Source: Bacillota bacterium
GTDB taxonomy: Bacteria; Bacillota_I; Bacilli_A; MAG-NZ
Assembly: GCA_965657695.1 (NCBI GenBank)
Contig: CBFHOU010000001.1
Location: 1,519 to 55,538 of the forward strand
Direction: 5' to 3'
DNA: 54,020 bases
In this document: piece after piece, positions 16,434 to 27,238 of the stretch
Layout: the number at the start of each line of letters is the position of its first letter
Numbering within the stretch: position 1 is the stretch's first letter
Made by a program: the position numbers and the translations under genes
The notes under the pieces: generated by a model
What the model saw: the letters and a program-made list of their open reading frames with translations, nothing else
The model's database searches: none
Told to the model about the DNA's origin: nothing

Positions 16434-17087
16434 ATGGGACAAAAAGTCAGTCCAGTCGGATTACGCGTAGGCGTTTACCGCGATTGGGATACAAAATGGT
16501 TCTTTGATCAAAAAGAAGTTCCACAAATCCTTCAAGAGGACTTAGCTATTCGCAGTTCACTTGAGAAACGTTTTGCAAATGCAGCCGTGGCACGAATCAT
16601 CATTGAACGCAAAAGTAAAAACAAAATCGATATTATTCTTTATACAGCAAAACCAGGGGTCATTATTGGCCAAGATGGAACGAAGAAACTAGAAGCTGTT
16701 AAAGAACTCGAACAATTAACGAATAAATCCGTCATGATTAACATCATTGAAGTCCGTCGCCCTGAAGTGGATGCGGTCTTAGTGGCTAAATCCATTGCGG
16801 AACAATTAGAAAACCGTGCAAGTTTCCGCCGCGCTCAAAAAGTAGCGATTCAACGTGCCATGAAAAATGGGGCACTTGGAGTTAAAACGCTCGTTTCTGG
16901 ACGTTTAGGGGGAGCCGAAATGGCGCGTAGTGAAGGGTATTCGGAAGGTAATGTTCCGCTTCATACCTTACGTGCTGACATCGATTATGCGCATGCAGAA
17001 GCGATGACAACCTATGGAAAACTAGGCGTAAAAGTCTGGATTTACAAAGGCGAAATCTTAACTGGAAAAAAACGCAAAGGAGAGTAA
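16434..17087 (+). CDS. rpsC: 30S ribosomal protein S3 (uS3)
   Basis: [13 protein letters not shown] begins at the ATG at 16434, after AAGGAG. The track start at 16350 would overlap rplV. Confidence 0.97.
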   Translation: MGQKVSPVGLRVGVYRDWDTKWFFDQKEVPQILQEDLAIRSSLEKRFANAAVARIIIERKSKNKIDIILYTAKPGVIIGQDGTKKLEAVKELEQLTNKSVMINIIEVRRPEVDAVLVAKSIAEQLENRASFRRAQKVAIQRAMKNGALGVKTLVSGRLGGAEMARSEGYSEGNVPLHTLRADIDYAHAEAMTTYGKLGVKVWIYKGEILTGKKRKGE

Positions 17088-17093
17088 CCGATA

Positions 17094-17522
17094 ATGTTAA
17101 TGCCAAAACGTACGAAATATCGACGTCCACATCGCGTTCCTCATGATAAAGGCTTTGCGAAAAGCCCAGGAGTAGTACATTTCGGGGAATACGGTTTAAT
17201 GGCCGTAGAATCTGGTTGGATTACCAACCGTCAAATTGAGGCAGCGCGTATTGCGATGACTCGTTACATGAAACGTCAAGGTCAAGTCTGGATCAACATT
17301 TTCCCGCACTTGGCAAAAACCGCAAAACCACTTGAAGTTCGAATGGGATCTGGAAAAGGTTCCCCAGAAGGTTGGGTTGCTGTCGTCAAACGTCAACGTG
17401 TGATGTTTGAAGTGGGTGGCGTGACCGAAGAAGTGGCTCGTGAAGCATTACGTCTTGCGATGCACAAACTGCCTATAAAATGTAAGTTTGTTCGTAAGCA
17501 GGAAGGGGGCGCTGACGCATGA
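17094..17522 (+). CDS. rplP: 50S ribosomal protein L16 (uL16)
   Basis: N-terminus [11 protein letters not shown]. Confidence 0.97.
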   Translation: MLMPKRTKYRRPHRVPHDKGFAKSPGVVHFGEYGLMAVESGWITNRQIEAARIAMTRYMKRQGQVWINIFPHLAKTAKPLEVRMGSGKGSPEGWVAVVKRQRVMFEVGGVTEEVAREALRLAMHKLPIKCKFVRKQEGGADA

Positions 17523-17719
17523 AACCAAATGAAATCAGAAAACTAGATACGCCAGCGATTGAAAAAGAAATTCAATCCCTCAAAAAAGAACTCTTTGATT
17601 TACGATTTCAAGCCGCAGTGGGGCAACTCAATGATTCGGCGAAACTTCGTACCTTAAAGAAAGATATTGCAAGAATGTACACGATCATGACAGAACGTGA
17701 GAAAGGGCTTAATGGGTAA
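17519..17719 (+). CDS. rpmC: 50S ribosomal protein L29 (uL29)
   Basis: A 66-aa helical protein with [12 protein letters not shown] overlap with rplP. Confidence 0.95.
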   Translation: MKPNEIRKLDTPAIEKEIQSLKKELFDLRFQAAVGQLNDSAKLRTLKKDIARMYTIMTEREKGLNG

Positions 17720-17724
17720 CACTA

Positions 17725-17985
17725 ATGGAACGAAATTCTCGTAAGGCAATTATCGGAACCGTGGTTTCAGATAAAGCCGACAAAACAATTACCGTTGCAG
17801 TGGAATCCAAAGCTCGTCATCCACTGTATAACAAGTTGATCAAACGCGTTAAAAAAGTAACTGCTCACGATGAAAACAACCAAGCTAAAATTGGTGATGT
17901 CGTAAAAATTATGGGAACGCGACCCTTATCTCGCACCAAACGTTTCCGTTTGGTCGAAATCGTGAAAGAACATATCGAAATCTAA
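17725..17985 (+). CDS. rpsQ: 30S ribosomal protein S17 (uS17)
   Basis: Motif [19 protein letters not shown]. Confidence 0.96.
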   Translation: MERNSRKAIIGTVVSDKADKTITVAVESKARHPLYNKLIKRVKKVTAHDENNQAKIGDVVKIMGTRPLSRTKRFRLVEIVKEHIEI

Positions 17986-18000
17986 AAGGAGGAACCGTTT

Positions 18001-18369
18001 ATGATTCAACAAGAGTCTAGACTAATCGTCGCGGATAACTCCGGAGCTCGTGAAATTCTCACGATTAAAGTATTAGGAGGCACGCGTCGACGTTATGCCC
18101 AAATTGGTGACATTATTGTTGCTACGGTGAAAACCGCAACACCGGGTGGGCAAGTAAAAAAAGGAGAAGTCGTGAGGTGTGTTATTGTACGCACGAAACA
18201 CGGACTTCACCGTCCAGATGGTAGCTACATCAAGTTTGATGATAATGCTGCTGTGGTTATCCGTGAGGATAAAACACCTCGTGGAACCCGTATCTTCGGC
18301 CCTGTTGCTCGCGAATTACGCGACAAACAATTTATGAAAATTGTTTCCTTGGCGCCGGAAGTATTATAG
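18001..18369 (+). CDS. rplN: 50S ribosomal protein L14 (uL14)
   Basis: N-terminus [18 protein letters not shown]. Confidence 0.98.
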   Translation: MIQQESRLIVADNSGAREILTIKVLGGTRRRYAQIGDIIVATVKTATPGGQVKKGEVVRCVIVRTKHGLHRPDGSYIKFDDNAAVVIREDKTPRGTRIFGPVARELRDKQFMKIVSLAPEVL

Positions 18370-18377
18370 GAGGCCTG

Positions 18378-18686
18378 ATGAAATTACGTAAAGGCGATCA
18401 AGTTAAAGTCTTGAGCGGAAAAGACAAAGGAAAAATCGGAGCGGTTACGAAAGTACTCGTTAAAACCAACCAAGTGATTGTGGAAGGTATTAATGTGATG
18501 AAACGTCACACCAAACCATCCCAAGCAAACCAAGATGGTGGAATTATTGAGATTACGTCTCCAATTAATGCATCAAATGTTGCATTGGTAGAAGGCAAAG
18601 CTCAAACACCAACAAAAGTTGGGTACCGTATTGAAAAAGAAAAGAAAGTTCGGTTTGCTAAAAAAACCGGTCAAACCATAAGTTAG
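18378..18686 (+). CDS. rplX: 50S ribosomal protein L24 (uL24)
   Basis: Motif RKGDQVKVLSGKDKGK. Confidence 0.96.
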   Translation: MKLRKGDQVKVLSGKDKGKIGAVTKVLVKTNQVIVEGINVMKRHTKPSQANQDGGIIEITSPINASNVALVEGKAQTPTKVGYRIEKEKKVRFAKKTGQTIS

Positions 18687-18695
18687 GAGGACTGT

Positions 18696-19235
18696 ATGGC
18701 ACGTTTACAAGAACAATACAAAAAAACTGTCATGCCAGCTCTCTTAGGAGAATTTGGGTATGACTCGGTAATGGAAATTCCGAAACTCGAAAAAATTGTC
18801 ATCAACATGGGCGTCGGTGATGCAGTCGTGAACTCTAAAGCTCTTGATGATGCAGTGAATGAATTAACAGTGATTGCCGGACAAAAGCCTGTAATTACGA
18901 AAGCCCGCAAGTCAATCTCGAACTTTAAAGTTCGTGAAGGATACGCGATTGGTTGTAAAGTTACCTTACGAGGGAAACGTATGTACGATTTCCTCGATAA
19001 ACTCGTTAGCATTGCCTTACCACGGGTGAGAGACTTCCGTGGGGTCAGTAAAAATAGTTTTGATGGTCGTGGAAACTACACCCTCGGGGTGAAAGAACAA
19101 TTAATCTTCAGTGAGATTGATTACGACCAAGTTAAAAAAATCCGTGGCATGGATATTGTCATGGTGACAACGGCTAATACCGATGAAGAAGCTAGAAGCT
19201 TACTTAAACATCTCGGTTTACCGTTTGCCAAGTAG
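18696..19235 (+). CDS. rplE: 50S ribosomal protein L5 (uL5)
   Basis: Motifs [10 protein letters not shown] and [10 protein letters not shown]. Confidence 0.97.
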   Translation: MARLQEQYKKTVMPALLGEFGYDSVMEIPKLEKIVINMGVGDAVVNSKALDDAVNELTVIAGQKPVITKARKSISNFKVREGYAIGCKVTLRGKRMYDFLDKLVSIALPRVRDFRGVSKNSFDGRGNYTLGVKEQLIFSEIDYDQVKKIRGMDIVMVTTANTDEEARSLLKHLGLPFAK

Positions 19236-19245
19236 GAGAGTTTGA

Positions 19246-19431
19246 ATGGCTAAAACATCACAAAAAGTTAGACAACAACGTCCGGCAAAATTTTCATCAC
19301 AAGCTTATACACGCTGTATCCGATGCGGTCGTCCGCATTCAGTACTTCGTAAGTTTGGCCTTTGCCGAATTTGTTTTCGCGAACTCGCCTACAAAGGACA
19401 GCTTCCGGGCGTCCGTAAGGCTAGTTGGTAA
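19246..19431 (+). CDS. rpsN: 30S ribosomal protein S14, short zinc-binding type
   Basis: 61 aa, with CIRCGRP...CRIC (CxxC-x12-CxxC). Confidence 0.96.
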   Translation: MAKTSQKVRQQRPAKFSSQAYTRCIRCGRPHSVLRKFGLCRICFRELAYKGQLPGVRKASW

Positions 19432-19443
19432 GGAGGAAATGTT

Positions 19444-19842
19444 ATGGTAATGACCGATCCGATTGCAGATATGCTGACCCGTATTCGCAATGCCAATCAA
19501 ATGTATAAAGAAACGGTAGAGATTCCAGCTTCGACGGTAAAACGTGCGATTCTTGATGTCTTAAAAGCCGAAGGTTTTATTCGTGATTACGAATATATTG
19601 CTGACGAAAAACAAGGAATGTTAAATGTTTCTCTTGCGTATGCAAGTGGAAAAGAGCGAGTCTTAAAAGGACTAAAACGAATTTCAAAACCTGGACTTCG
19701 CGTCTATGCGAACCATGAAGAAATTCCAAAAGTATTAAATGGCTTAGGCGTTGCGGTATTATCTACTTCGCAAGGAGTGATGACCGGACACCAAGCACAA
19801 CGACAAAAGATTGGTGGCGAAGTCATCGCCTACATCTGGTAA
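19444..19842 (+). CDS. rpsH: 30S ribosomal protein S8 (uS8)
   Basis: N-terminus [17 protein letters not shown]. Confidence 0.97.
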   Translation: MVMTDPIADMLTRIRNANQMYKETVEIPASTVKRAILDVLKAEGFIRDYEYIADEKQGMLNVSLAYASGKERVLKGLKRISKPGLRVYANHEEIPKVLNGLGVAVLSTSQGVMTGHQAQRQKIGGEVIAYIW

Positions 19843-19851
19843 GGAGGACGT

Positions 19852-20385
19852 ATGTCGCGTATTGGTAAATTACCGATTCCTGTACCAAGTGGGGTGACGG
19901 TCACCATTAATGGAAGTTTTGTTAGTGTTCAAGGACCTAAAGGGACCTTGGAACGTACCTTCCATAAACTCGTGACCATCTCACAGGAAGATGGAATCGT
20001 AACAGTAAAACCTGTCAATACTTCTCAACAAGCCAAAGCGTTATACGGAACAACGCGTTCGGTATTAAACAATATGGTCGTCGGGGTATCATCAGGATTT
20101 AGTAAATCACTAACGATTAAAGGGGTTGGGTATCGTGCTCAACTTCAAGGCAGTACACTCGTAATCAATGCAGGGTATTCACATCCAGTTGAACTCAAAA
20201 TTCCAGCAGGAATTACGGTGGATGTTCCCAAACCAGTGAACATAACTGTCTCGGGAGCGGACAAGGAAGTTGTGGGTGAGTTTGCCGCAAACATCCGTGC
20301 CGTTCGTAAACCAGAACCGTATCTAGGTAAAGGGATTCGTTACGACGATGAAGTCATCCGTCGTAAAGAAGGGAAAACTGCATAA
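19852..20385 (+). CDS. rplF: 50S ribosomal protein L6 (uL6)
   Basis: N-terminus MSRIGKLPIPVPSGV. Confidence 0.97.
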   Translation: MSRIGKLPIPVPSGVTVTINGSFVSVQGPKGTLERTFHKLVTISQEDGIVTVKPVNTSQQAKALYGTTRSVLNNMVVGVSSGFSKSLTIKGVGYRAQLQGSTLVINAGYSHPVELKIPAGITVDVPKPVNITVSGADKEVVGEFAANIRAVRKPEPYLGKGIRYDDEVIRRKEGKTA

Positions 20386-20397
20386 AGGTAACTACGT

Positions 20398-20748
20398 ATG
20401 ATAAAAAAATTCGACAGACAATCAAGTCGTTTAAAACGACGTACTCGCATTCGTGCGAAAATTTCTGGAACTGCAGCGATTCCTCGTTTAAGTGTTTATC
20501 GCTCAAACACGAATATCTTTGCTCAACTAATCGACGATGCACAAGGGATAACTCTTGCTGAAGCGTCAAGCCTAGGGACGAAGAAACCCGGAAACATTGA
20601 CCAAGCCAAACTCGTTGGTGCGGAAATTGCAAAACAAGCGAAAGCAAAAAAAATTACCAAGGTCGTCTTCGACCGTGGTGGATATCTGTATCACGGACGT
20701 GTGAAAGCCTTGGCGGAAGCTGCTCGTGAAGCAGGATTAGAGTTTTAG
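20398..20748 (+). CDS. rplR: 50S ribosomal protein L18 (uL18)
   Basis: Motifs [14 protein letters not shown] and [16 protein letters not shown]. Confidence 0.96.
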   Translation: MIKKFDRQSSRLKRRTRIRAKISGTAAIPRLSVYRSNTNIFAQLIDDAQGITLAEASSLGTKKPGNIDQAKLVGAEIAKQAKAKKITKVVFDRGGYLYHGRVKALAEAAREAGLEF

Positions 20749-20756
20749 GAGGATTC

Positions 20757-21374
20757 ATGGCAGAAGAACAAAAAGTGTCTGCAGCGCCAGCTGAAAAGAC
20801 GCCAACTCAATCATCTGATAATCAAGGCCAAAGTCGTGGTCCTCGTGGTCGTCGTGGAGGACGCGGTGGAGATCGCCGTCGCCAAAAGACTGAAAAACTA
20901 TATGAAGAACGCGTTGTTGAGATTAATCGTGTCACCAAGGTTGTTAAAGGGGGCCGTCGTTTTCGCTTTAGCGCCCTTGTGGTCATCGGGGATCGTAAAG
21001 GTAAAGTCGGTTTTGGAACCGGAAAAGCCCAAGAAGTACCTGATGCAATTAAAAAAGCAATTGAAGCGGCAAAACGTAATTTATTAGTTGTACCAATGGT
21101 TGAAAAAACAATTCCTCACCAAACAATTGGGATTTATGGTTCAGGGCGAGTCTTACTGAAACCTGCGAGCCCGGGTACCGGAGTTATTGCGGGTGGTGCG
21201 GTTCGTGCAGTATTAGAATTAGCGGGCGTGGAAGATATCCTTTCAAAATCGCTCGGATCGAATACGCCAATCAACATGGTACGTGCAACGTATGAAGGAC
21301 TTAAAGGACTTCGTACCCGTGAGAGTGTTGCTGCACTTCGTGGAAAACAACCATCAGAAATTAGGGGGTATTAA
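20757..21374 (+). CDS. rpsE: 30S ribosomal protein S5 (uS5) with an Arg/Gly-rich N-terminal extension
   Basis: The core [20 protein letters not shown] is preceded by about 45 aa that include [16 protein letters not shown]. Confidence 0.96.
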   Translation: MAEEQKVSAAPAEKTPTQSSDNQGQSRGPRGRRGGRGGDRRRQKTEKLYEERVVEINRVTKVVKGGRRFRFSALVVIGDRKGKVGFGTGKAQEVPDAIKKAIEAAKRNLLVVPMVEKTIPHQTIGIYGSGRVLLKPASPGTGVIAGGAVRAVLELAGVEDILSKSLGSNTPINMVRATYEGLKGLRTRESVAALRGKQPSEIRGY

Positions 21375-21376
21375 TC

Positions 21377-21559
21377 ATGGCTCAACTTAAAATCAAGTTG
21401 GTAAAGTCCACGATTGGTAAACCATCCAATCAAAAAGCAACCGCAAAAGCGTTAGGGTTAACCAAACTACAACGCTCGGTCACTAAACCAGATAACCCAC
21501 ATATTCGTGGGATGGTAGCCACTATTGCACATTTAGTGGACGTGGAGGAAGTCAAATGA
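21377..21559 (+). CDS. rpmD: 50S ribosomal protein L30 (uL30)
   Basis: 60 aa, beginning [14 protein letters not shown]. Confidence 0.95.
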   Translation: MAQLKIKLVKSTIGKPSNQKATAKALGLTKLQRSVTKPDNPHIRGMVATIAHLVDVEEVK

Positions 21560-21993
21560 AAATTCATGAGATTAAACCCATACAAAAAAATAAAACGAGA
21601 AAACGAGTTGGTCGAGGCCTAGGGTCTGGAACAGGGAATACCGCTGGTAAAGGGAACAACGGACAAAATGCCCGCTCAGGTGGGGGTGTTCGTTTAGGAT
21701 TTGAAGGGGGTCAAACTCCATTATTCAAACGTTTACCTAAGCGTGGATTCACCAATTTCACTCGCAAAGAGTACGCAATTGTCAATCTTGCTGAGCTTGC
21801 TCATTTAGATGCTGGAACGGTTGTGACGTTAGAGATGTTATTAAAACATCGTATTATTCGTAAACCACTCGATGGGCTTAAAGTATTGGGCGATGGGGAA
21901 CTTGCCAACGCCTTAACCATCAAAGCGCATAAAGTATCCGCTTCAGCGAAAGCAAAAATTGAAGCGGCAGGTGGAACGGTCGAGGTTCTCTAA
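21556..21993 (+). CDS. rplO: 50S ribosomal protein L15 (uL15)
   Basis: Motifs [17 protein letters not shown] and GFEGGQTPL. Confidence 0.96.
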   Translation: MKIHEIKPIQKNKTRKRVGRGLGSGTGNTAGKGNNGQNARSGGGVRLGFEGGQTPLFKRLPKRGFTNFTRKEYAIVNLAELAHLDAGTVVTLEMLLKHRIIRKPLDGLKVLGDGELANALTIKAHKVSASAKAKIEAAGGTVEVL

Positions 21994-23267
21994 TGAAAAC
22001 CTTAAAACTCGTGTTACAAAACAAAGAGTTGCTAAAAAAAATAGCCTTTGTGCTGGGAGCATTCTTGTTATACCGAGTCGCGGTATTCATTCCCATTCCG
22101 ATGATCAGTGTTCCGGAAGAGCTCTTTAATAATGAATTACTAGGGTTTTTAAATGCCTTTAGTGGGGGTGCCTTAGAAAATCTAAGTGTCATCTCTCTTG
22201 GGGTAGGGCCTTATATTACAGCTAGTATCGTCGTCCAAATCCTTCAAACCGATTTGGTCCCTCTTCTAACCGAATGGCAAGAAGAAGGAGAAGCGGGAAA
22301 ACAGAAGACCAGTCAATTGACACGCTACTTGGCGATTGGGTTAGCGTTTATCCAGGCCTTTGCGATTACCGTTGGGATTGATGCGTTGTCGGTTGGTGTT
22401 TCACCAACCCCGATTGTCTTTGTCTACTTGGCGATCATCATTACCGCAGGAACCAGTTTCTTATTGTGGTTGGGTGATCAAATTACAGTCAAAGGTGTTG
22501 GGAACGGCGTCTCAATGATTATTGCAGCCGGGATTATTTCGAGCTTACCAGCAACCTTTGCAACCCTTTGGGCGCTGTACATAACTCCGCTTGATGCAAG
22601 TGTTGAAACCTATATTAGTTTTGCGATTGTTGTGGTCTTATTCGTCTCCATCTTGCTTGGGATTATCTTCATGCAAGCGGTGAACCGTAATGTACCCATT
22701 CAATATGCAAACCGTCCAGGTCAAAGTAAGTTCTCAGGAAAACATGATTCGAATATTCCAATCAAGCTCAATTCAGCGGGGGTGATTAGTGTCATCTTTG
22801 CGATTACCATTCTCAGCTTACCGCTGACACTGGTTCAGTTTGCGAACCTTACGGGTAACATTGCATTTTGGATTACAGAAATTTTCTCTAGTGCACGTCC
22901 GATTGGATTTGTCCTCTATGTCTTCTTAATCTTTGTGTTTACGTTCTTTTATTCCTTCTTGCAGGTCAACCCTGAAAAAGTGGCGAATAACTTAAGTAAA
23001 CAAAACGCCTATATTCCTGGGGTACGACCTGGGGAAGACACAGAGATTTACTTTAGTAAGATTTTATTTAAAGTGACTTTACTTGGGGCAGTGTATCTAA
23101 GTATTGTTGCTGTGATTCCGATTCTTACGGCGGCCTTATTTAATCTTCCACCAACAGTCACGGTAGGGGGAACGTCTTTACTCATTGTTGTTGGGGTCGC
23201 TGTTGAAACCTTTAAACAGATTACAACGGAAGCGAACAAACAAGAATATAAAGGATTTATTCGATAA
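21993..23267 (+). CDS. secY: Preprotein translocase subunit SecY
   Basis: A 10-TM protein with FSGGALENLSVISLGVGPYITASI, located after rplO. Confidence 0.97.
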   Translation: MKTLKLVLQNKELLKKIAFVLGAFLLYRVAVFIPIPMISVPEELFNNELLGFLNAFSGGALENLSVISLGVGPYITASIVVQILQTDLVPLLTEWQEEGEAGKQKTSQLTRYLAIGLAFIQAFAITVGIDALSVGVSPTPIVFVYLAIIITAGTSFLLWLGDQITVKGVGNGVSMIIAAGIISSLPATFATLWALYITPLDASVETYISFAIVVVLFVSILLGIIFMQAVNRNVPIQYANRPGQSKFSGKHDSNIPIKLNSAGVISVIFAITILSLPLTLVQFANLTGNIAFWITEIFSSARPIGFVLYVFLIFVFTFFYSFLQVNPEKVANNLSKQNAYIPGVRPGEDTEIYFSKILFKVTLLGAVYLSIVAVIPILTAALFNLPPTVTVGGTSLLIVVGVAVETFKQITTEANKQEYKGFIR

Positions 23268-23923
23268 TGAGACTACTTGTGATGGGCCCACCGGGATCAG
23301 GGAAGGGTACACAATCGAAACTCATCACGGAAAAATACCACATCCCACATATCTCAACGGGTGATATGTTTCGAAGCGCAATACGCGCTAAAACCCCATT
23401 AGGATTAGAAGCCAAGTCGTACATCGACAAAGGGCTTTATTGTCCTGATGACCTAACCATTAAACTGATCCGAGAACGAATTTCACAACCGGATTGCGCC
23501 CGCGGCTTTCTCTTGGATGGATTTCCACGAACTTTGCCGCAAGCTGTTGCGTTAAATAAAGCACTCGCGGAGCAAAATACTGCGTTGTCGCATGTTCTTA
23601 AACTCGACATTGATTCGTATATGATTGTCAAACGACTATCAGGACGACGAATTTGTCCAAAATGTGAAGTGAGTTATCATGAGGACTTTAGTCCGCCTAA
23701 AGTAGAAGGCGTCTGCGACGATTGTGGAACGGCGTTGATCACTCGAAGTGATGACCAACCAGAAACCGCCATCAAACGTCTTGAAGTATACTTACAAAAC
23801 ACGTACCCCATTATGGATTACTATGACCAACAGGATTTACTACATCACATTGTTGGGGTCGGGGAAATCGAGAAGGTCTTCTCACGATTTGAGAAAATCT
23901 TGGATTCACCACAACCAGTATGA
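23267..23923 (+). CDS. adk: Adenylate kinase (zinc-lid type)
   Basis: P-loop [10 protein letters not shown]. The lid carries CPKC...CDDC. Confidence 0.97.
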   Translation: MRLLVMGPPGSGKGTQSKLITEKYHIPHISTGDMFRSAIRAKTPLGLEAKSYIDKGLYCPDDLTIKLIRERISQPDCARGFLLDGFPRTLPQAVALNKALAEQNTALSHVLKLDIDSYMIVKRLSGRRICPKCEVSYHEDFSPPKVEGVCDDCGTALITRSDDQPETAIKRLEVYLQNTYPIMDYYDQQDLLHHIVGVGEIEKVFSRFEKILDSPQPV

Positions 23924-24666
23924 TTAATATAAAAACTTCTCGTGAAATTGAACTGATGCGTCAAGCAGGCCGAATTGTTGCTCTTGCTCACCAAGCAATT
24001 GAACCAATGATTCAGCCTGGTATGACAACAGCAGAACTTGACCAAAAAGTCAGAGAGGTGATCGCAAGTTATGGCGGTACGCCGACATTTCTAGGATACC
24101 GAGACTTTCCAGCGGCCATCTGTGCATCAATCAACGAAGAAGTGGTTCATGGGATTCCTTCCGCACGACAATTAATGGATGGTGATATTATTGCGGTCGA
24201 TATAGGAGTCACCTACCAGGGATACCATGGCGATTCCGCCTGGACCTATCCGGTAGGTCAAATCGCACCTGAGGTGCAAACCTTATTAGAGGTCACTAAG
24301 GAAGCCTTATTTATCGGGCTTGCTGCAGCAAAAGTTGGAAACCGTATTGGTCATATTGGCCATGCGATTGAAGCCTATGTTGCTCCACTGGGTTATGGGA
24401 TTGTTGAAGAATTTACGGGCCATGGAGTCGGCCGAGAACTCCATGAAGAACCGCCAATTCCCAACTTCGGTCCGGTAACCGAAGGACCGGTCATTAAACC
24501 GGGAATGAGCTTAGCGATTGAACCAATGATTAATCTTGGAACAAAACGGGTTCGGATATTATCCGACGGCTGGACCGCAGTGACGGCAGATCGTAAACCC
24601 AGTGCTCATTTTGAGCACACCATCGTTGTAACCAATGATGGATATGAAATTCTGACTATTTTATAA
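23920..24666 (+). CDS. map: Methionine aminopeptidase type I
   Basis: Motifs [18 protein letters not shown] and [12 protein letters not shown]. Confidence 0.96.
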   Translation: MINIKTSREIELMRQAGRIVALAHQAIEPMIQPGMTTAELDQKVREVIASYGGTPTFLGYRDFPAAICASINEEVVHGIPSARQLMDGDIIAVDIGVTYQGYHGDSAWTYPVGQIAPEVQTLLEVTKEALFIGLAAAKVGNRIGHIGHAIEAYVAPLGYGIVEEFTGHGVGRELHEEPPIPNFGPVTEGPVIKPGMSLAIEPMINLGTKRVRILSDGWTAVTADRKPSAHFEHTIVVTNDGYEILTIL

Positions 24667-24675
24667 GGAGGCACT

Positions 24676-24894
24676 ATGGCAAAAGATAATGTCATTGAAA
24701 TGGAAGGGACTATTAGTGAAGTACTACCTGGTACCCAATTTAAAGTGCTTTTAGAAAATGGTCACACAGTCCTCGCACACGTTTCTGGTAAGATCCGTAT
24801 GTACTACATACGGATCTTACCGGGTGATAAAGTCACGGTTGAAATTTCTCCGTATGACATAACACGTGGGCGAATCACCTATCGTCATAAATAA
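24676..24894 (+). CDS. infA: Translation initiation factor IF-1
   Basis: 72 aa, containing [13 protein letters not shown]...[14 protein letters not shown]. Confidence 0.97.
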   Translation: MAKDNVIEMEGTISEVLPGTQFKVLLENGHTVLAHVSGKIRMYYIRILPGDKVTVEISPYDITRGRITYRHK

Positions 24895-24911
24895 ACACTG
24901 AGGAGAAATCA

Positions 24912-25025
24912 ATGAAAGTCAAAGCATCCGTCAAGCCGATTTGTGACAAATGTAAAGTCATTCGTCGTAAAGGCAAAGTAATGATTATCTGTGAAAACCC
25001 TCGGCACAAACAACGTCAAGGATAA
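24912..25025 (+). CDS. rpmJ: 50S ribosomal protein L36 (bL36)
   Basis: Not in the ORF track because it is under 60 aa. Translation is [43 protein letters not shown] lies upstream. Confidence 0.95.
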   Translation: MKVKASVKPICDKCKVIRRKGKVMIICENPRHKQRQG

Positions 25026-25036
25026 GGAGAGCTACT

Positions 25037-25402
25037 ATGGCACGTATTAGTGGAGTTGACATACCGCGTGAGAAACGCGCTGTCATCGCATTACAGTATA
25101 TTTATGGAATTGGCCCAAAACGCGCTCAAACCATCCTCGCGAATTCCAAAGTTGATGAATCGGTCCGAGTCAAAGACTTAACCGACGCGCAACTCGTCAA
25201 AATTCGTGAACAGGTCGCAAAATTTGTGACTGAAGGGGACCTTCGACGCGAAGTGAACACCAACATCAAACGATTGATGGAGATTGGTTCATACCGAGGC
25301 ATGCGTCACCGTAAAGGACTTCCTACACGGGGACAAAATACAAAAAATAACTCAAGAACTCGCAAAGGTCCAAAACGGACTGTTGCGAACAAGAAAAAAT
25401 AA
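25037..25402 (+). CDS. rpsM: 30S ribosomal protein S13 (uS13)
   Basis: Motif [14 protein letters not shown]. Confidence 0.97.
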   Translation: MARISGVDIPREKRAVIALQYIYGIGPKRAQTILANSKVDESVRVKDLTDAQLVKIREQVAKFVTEGDLRREVNTNIKRLMEIGSYRGMRHRKGLPTRGQNTKNNSRTRKGPKRTVANKKK

Positions 25403-25415
25403 GGAGGAATGACCC

Positions 25416-25799
25416 ATGGCAGCTAAAACCGTACGTAAAAAACGTCGAGCACGTAAAAATGTGCCTAATGGAATTGCACATATTCATTCCACCTTTAACA
25501 ACACCATTGTGACCATTACCGATGAAGCAGGAAATGCTCTCGCGTGGAGCAGTGGTGGAGCATTAGGGTTTAAAGGGAGTAAAAAATCAACACCCTTTGC
25601 CGCTCAATTAGCCGGTGAAGCTGCAGCAAAAGCAGCCACTGAACAAGGAGTTCAAAAGGTAGAGGTCAACGTCAAAGGTCCTGGACCAGGACGTGAAGCA
25701 GCAATTCGTTCCTTGCAAGTTGCAGGACTAGAAATTACTGCCATTATAGATGTCACACCGTTACCACACAATGGTGTGAAATTAAGTAAACGTCGTTAA
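25416..25799 (+). CDS. rpsK: 30S ribosomal protein S11 (uS11)
   Basis: Motif [18 protein letters not shown]. Confidence 0.97.
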   Translation: MAAKTVRKKRRARKNVPNGIAHIHSTFNNTIVTITDEAGNALAWSSGGALGFKGSKKSTPFAAQLAGEAAAKAATEQGVQKVEVNVKGPGPGREAAIRSLQVAGLEITAIIDVTPLPHNGVKLSKRR

Positions 25800-25817
25800 T
25801 ACGAAGGAGGCTACTGA

Positions 25818-26774
25818 ATGAAGGATATGAAATTTGAAAAGCCAAAATCGTATGTTGAACCCTTTCAATTAGACGATACCTTTGGCAAGTTTGTCATCAA
25901 ACCCCTAGAACGTGGGTTTGGAATTACCTTAGGAAATAGTTTGCGCCGTGTACTCATCTCATCGATGCCTGGAGCGGCGATAACCAATGTAGAAATCGAA
26001 GGTGCACCTCACGAGTTTAGTGCATTAGAAGGCGTTGTAGAGGACGTTACTCAAATCATTCTAAACTTAAAAGATGTAGTACTAACGATTGATTCCAGTA
26101 ATCCTTCGGTTGAAAAAACGTTAGAGATTATTGCAGTGGGCGAAGGTCCAGTCACCGCAGGTGATATTATTCATGACAGTGACGTTAAAATCATCAACAA
26201 AGACAAAGTCATTGCAAATTTAGCGAATCATGGAAAACTGAAAATGCAAATGATCGCACGTCTTGGCATCGGTTATGTCGATGCATCGGAAAATAAGCGA
26301 CAAGATGACCCGCTAGGGTTCATTCCAATTGATGCTGTTTATACTCCTGTTAAAAATGTGAAATATAACGTTGAAAAAATCCTTGTGGATAATTCAACAG
26401 ACCATGATGAGTTAGTCCTTGAAATCCTAACGGATGGATCGATTTCGCCCGAAGATGCCTTAGGCATGGCGGCGAAGATTATGATTAACCATTTAGATGT
26501 CGTGGTTGAACTTTCAGAAAAAGCAAAAGAAACAGATTTTATTGTTGACCGTGATGAAGTAGGAAGTGTTCAGTTAATGGAGATGAGTATTGAAGAACTT
26601 GACTTCAGTGTTCGTTCATACAACTCTCTAAAACGTGCAGGAATTTCTACGGTTGGTGAGTTAATTAATAAGTCTGAAGAAGAGATGATGACGATTCGTA
26701 ATCTGGGTCGTAAATCACTCAAGGAAGTCAAAGATAAGCTTGAAGAACTCAGCTTGTCCTTGAAGAATAGTTAG
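25818..26774 (+). CDS. rpoA: DNA-directed RNA polymerase alpha subunit
   Basis: Motifs [21 protein letters not shown] and, in the C-terminal domain, [16 protein letters not shown]. The start could instead be 25827. Confidence 0.96.
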   Translation: MKDMKFEKPKSYVEPFQLDDTFGKFVIKPLERGFGITLGNSLRRVLISSMPGAAITNVEIEGAPHEFSALEGVVEDVTQIILNLKDVVLTIDSSNPSVEKTLEIIAVGEGPVTAGDIIHDSDVKIINKDKVIANLANHGKLKMQMIARLGIGYVDASENKRQDDPLGFIPIDAVYTPVKNVKYNVEKILVDNSTDHDELVLEILTDGSISPEDALGMAAKIMINHLDVVVELSEKAKETDFIVDRDEVGSVQLMEMSIEELDFSVRSYNSLKRAGISTVGELINKSEEEMMTIRNLGRKSLKEVKDKLEELSLSLKNS

Positions 26775-26785
26775 GAGGATCTCTC

Positions 26786-27157
26786 ATGTCACAAGGTTAT
26801 CGAAAATTAAGCCGAACTTCTGATCAACGCAAAGCGTTATTGAGAGATTTGGTTACCGATTTAATTATTAATGAACGCATTACGACCACCGAGATGAAAG
26901 CCAAAGAACTTTCACGCTTGGCGGATAAGATGATTACCTTAGGTAAAAAAGGTACACTAGCAGCTCGTCGCCAAGCGGCAGCAACAGTTCGACCTGAAAC
27001 CGTAGGTGATGAATCAAATCAAACTGCTGTTCAAAAATTGTTTGCTGATTTAGCGCCGCGTTATGCTTCCCGTGAAGGAGGTTATACTCGCGTACTTAAA
27101 CTAGGTCCACGTCGTGGTGACGGGGCTGAAATGGCAATTATTGAATTTGTAGAATAA
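26786..27157 (+). CDS. rplQ: 50S ribosomal protein L17 (bL17)
   Basis: Motifs [17 protein letters not shown] and [15 protein letters not shown]. Confidence 0.97.
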   Translation: MSQGYRKLSRTSDQRKALLRDLVTDLIINERITTTEMKAKELSRLADKMITLGKKGTLAARRQAAATVRPETVGDESNQTAVQKLFADLAPRYASREGGYTRVLKLGPRRGDGAEMAIIEFVE

Positions 27158-27179
27158 CCCGACTTCGGTCGGGTTTTTT
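27157..27179 (+). terminator. Intrinsic terminator ending the ribosomal superoperon
   Basis: ACCCGAC-ttcg-GTCGGGT followed by TTTTTT. Confidence 0.85.
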
Positions 27180-27186
27180 ACGGCAA

Positions 27187-27215
27187 TTGAAATTTAACAA
27201 TGACAAGACTATACT
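27187..27215 (+). promoter_or_regulatory. Sigma-A-type promoter for pfkA
   Basis: TTGAAA, a 17-nt spacer, then TATACT. It lies about 24 nt upstream of the ATG. Confidence 0.5.
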
Positions 27216-27238
27216 TATATTTGTGAGGCTAAACAACA

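Noticed and set aside
18683-19012. A 109-aa - strand ORF antisense to rplE. Similar shadow ORFs lie inside rnfD, rnfE, hydA, hydB, rplB, rpsE, secY, pepA, chrA and metG.
   Set aside because: All lie wholly within strongly supported genes in another frame or on the other strand. They are treated as statistical shadow ORFs.
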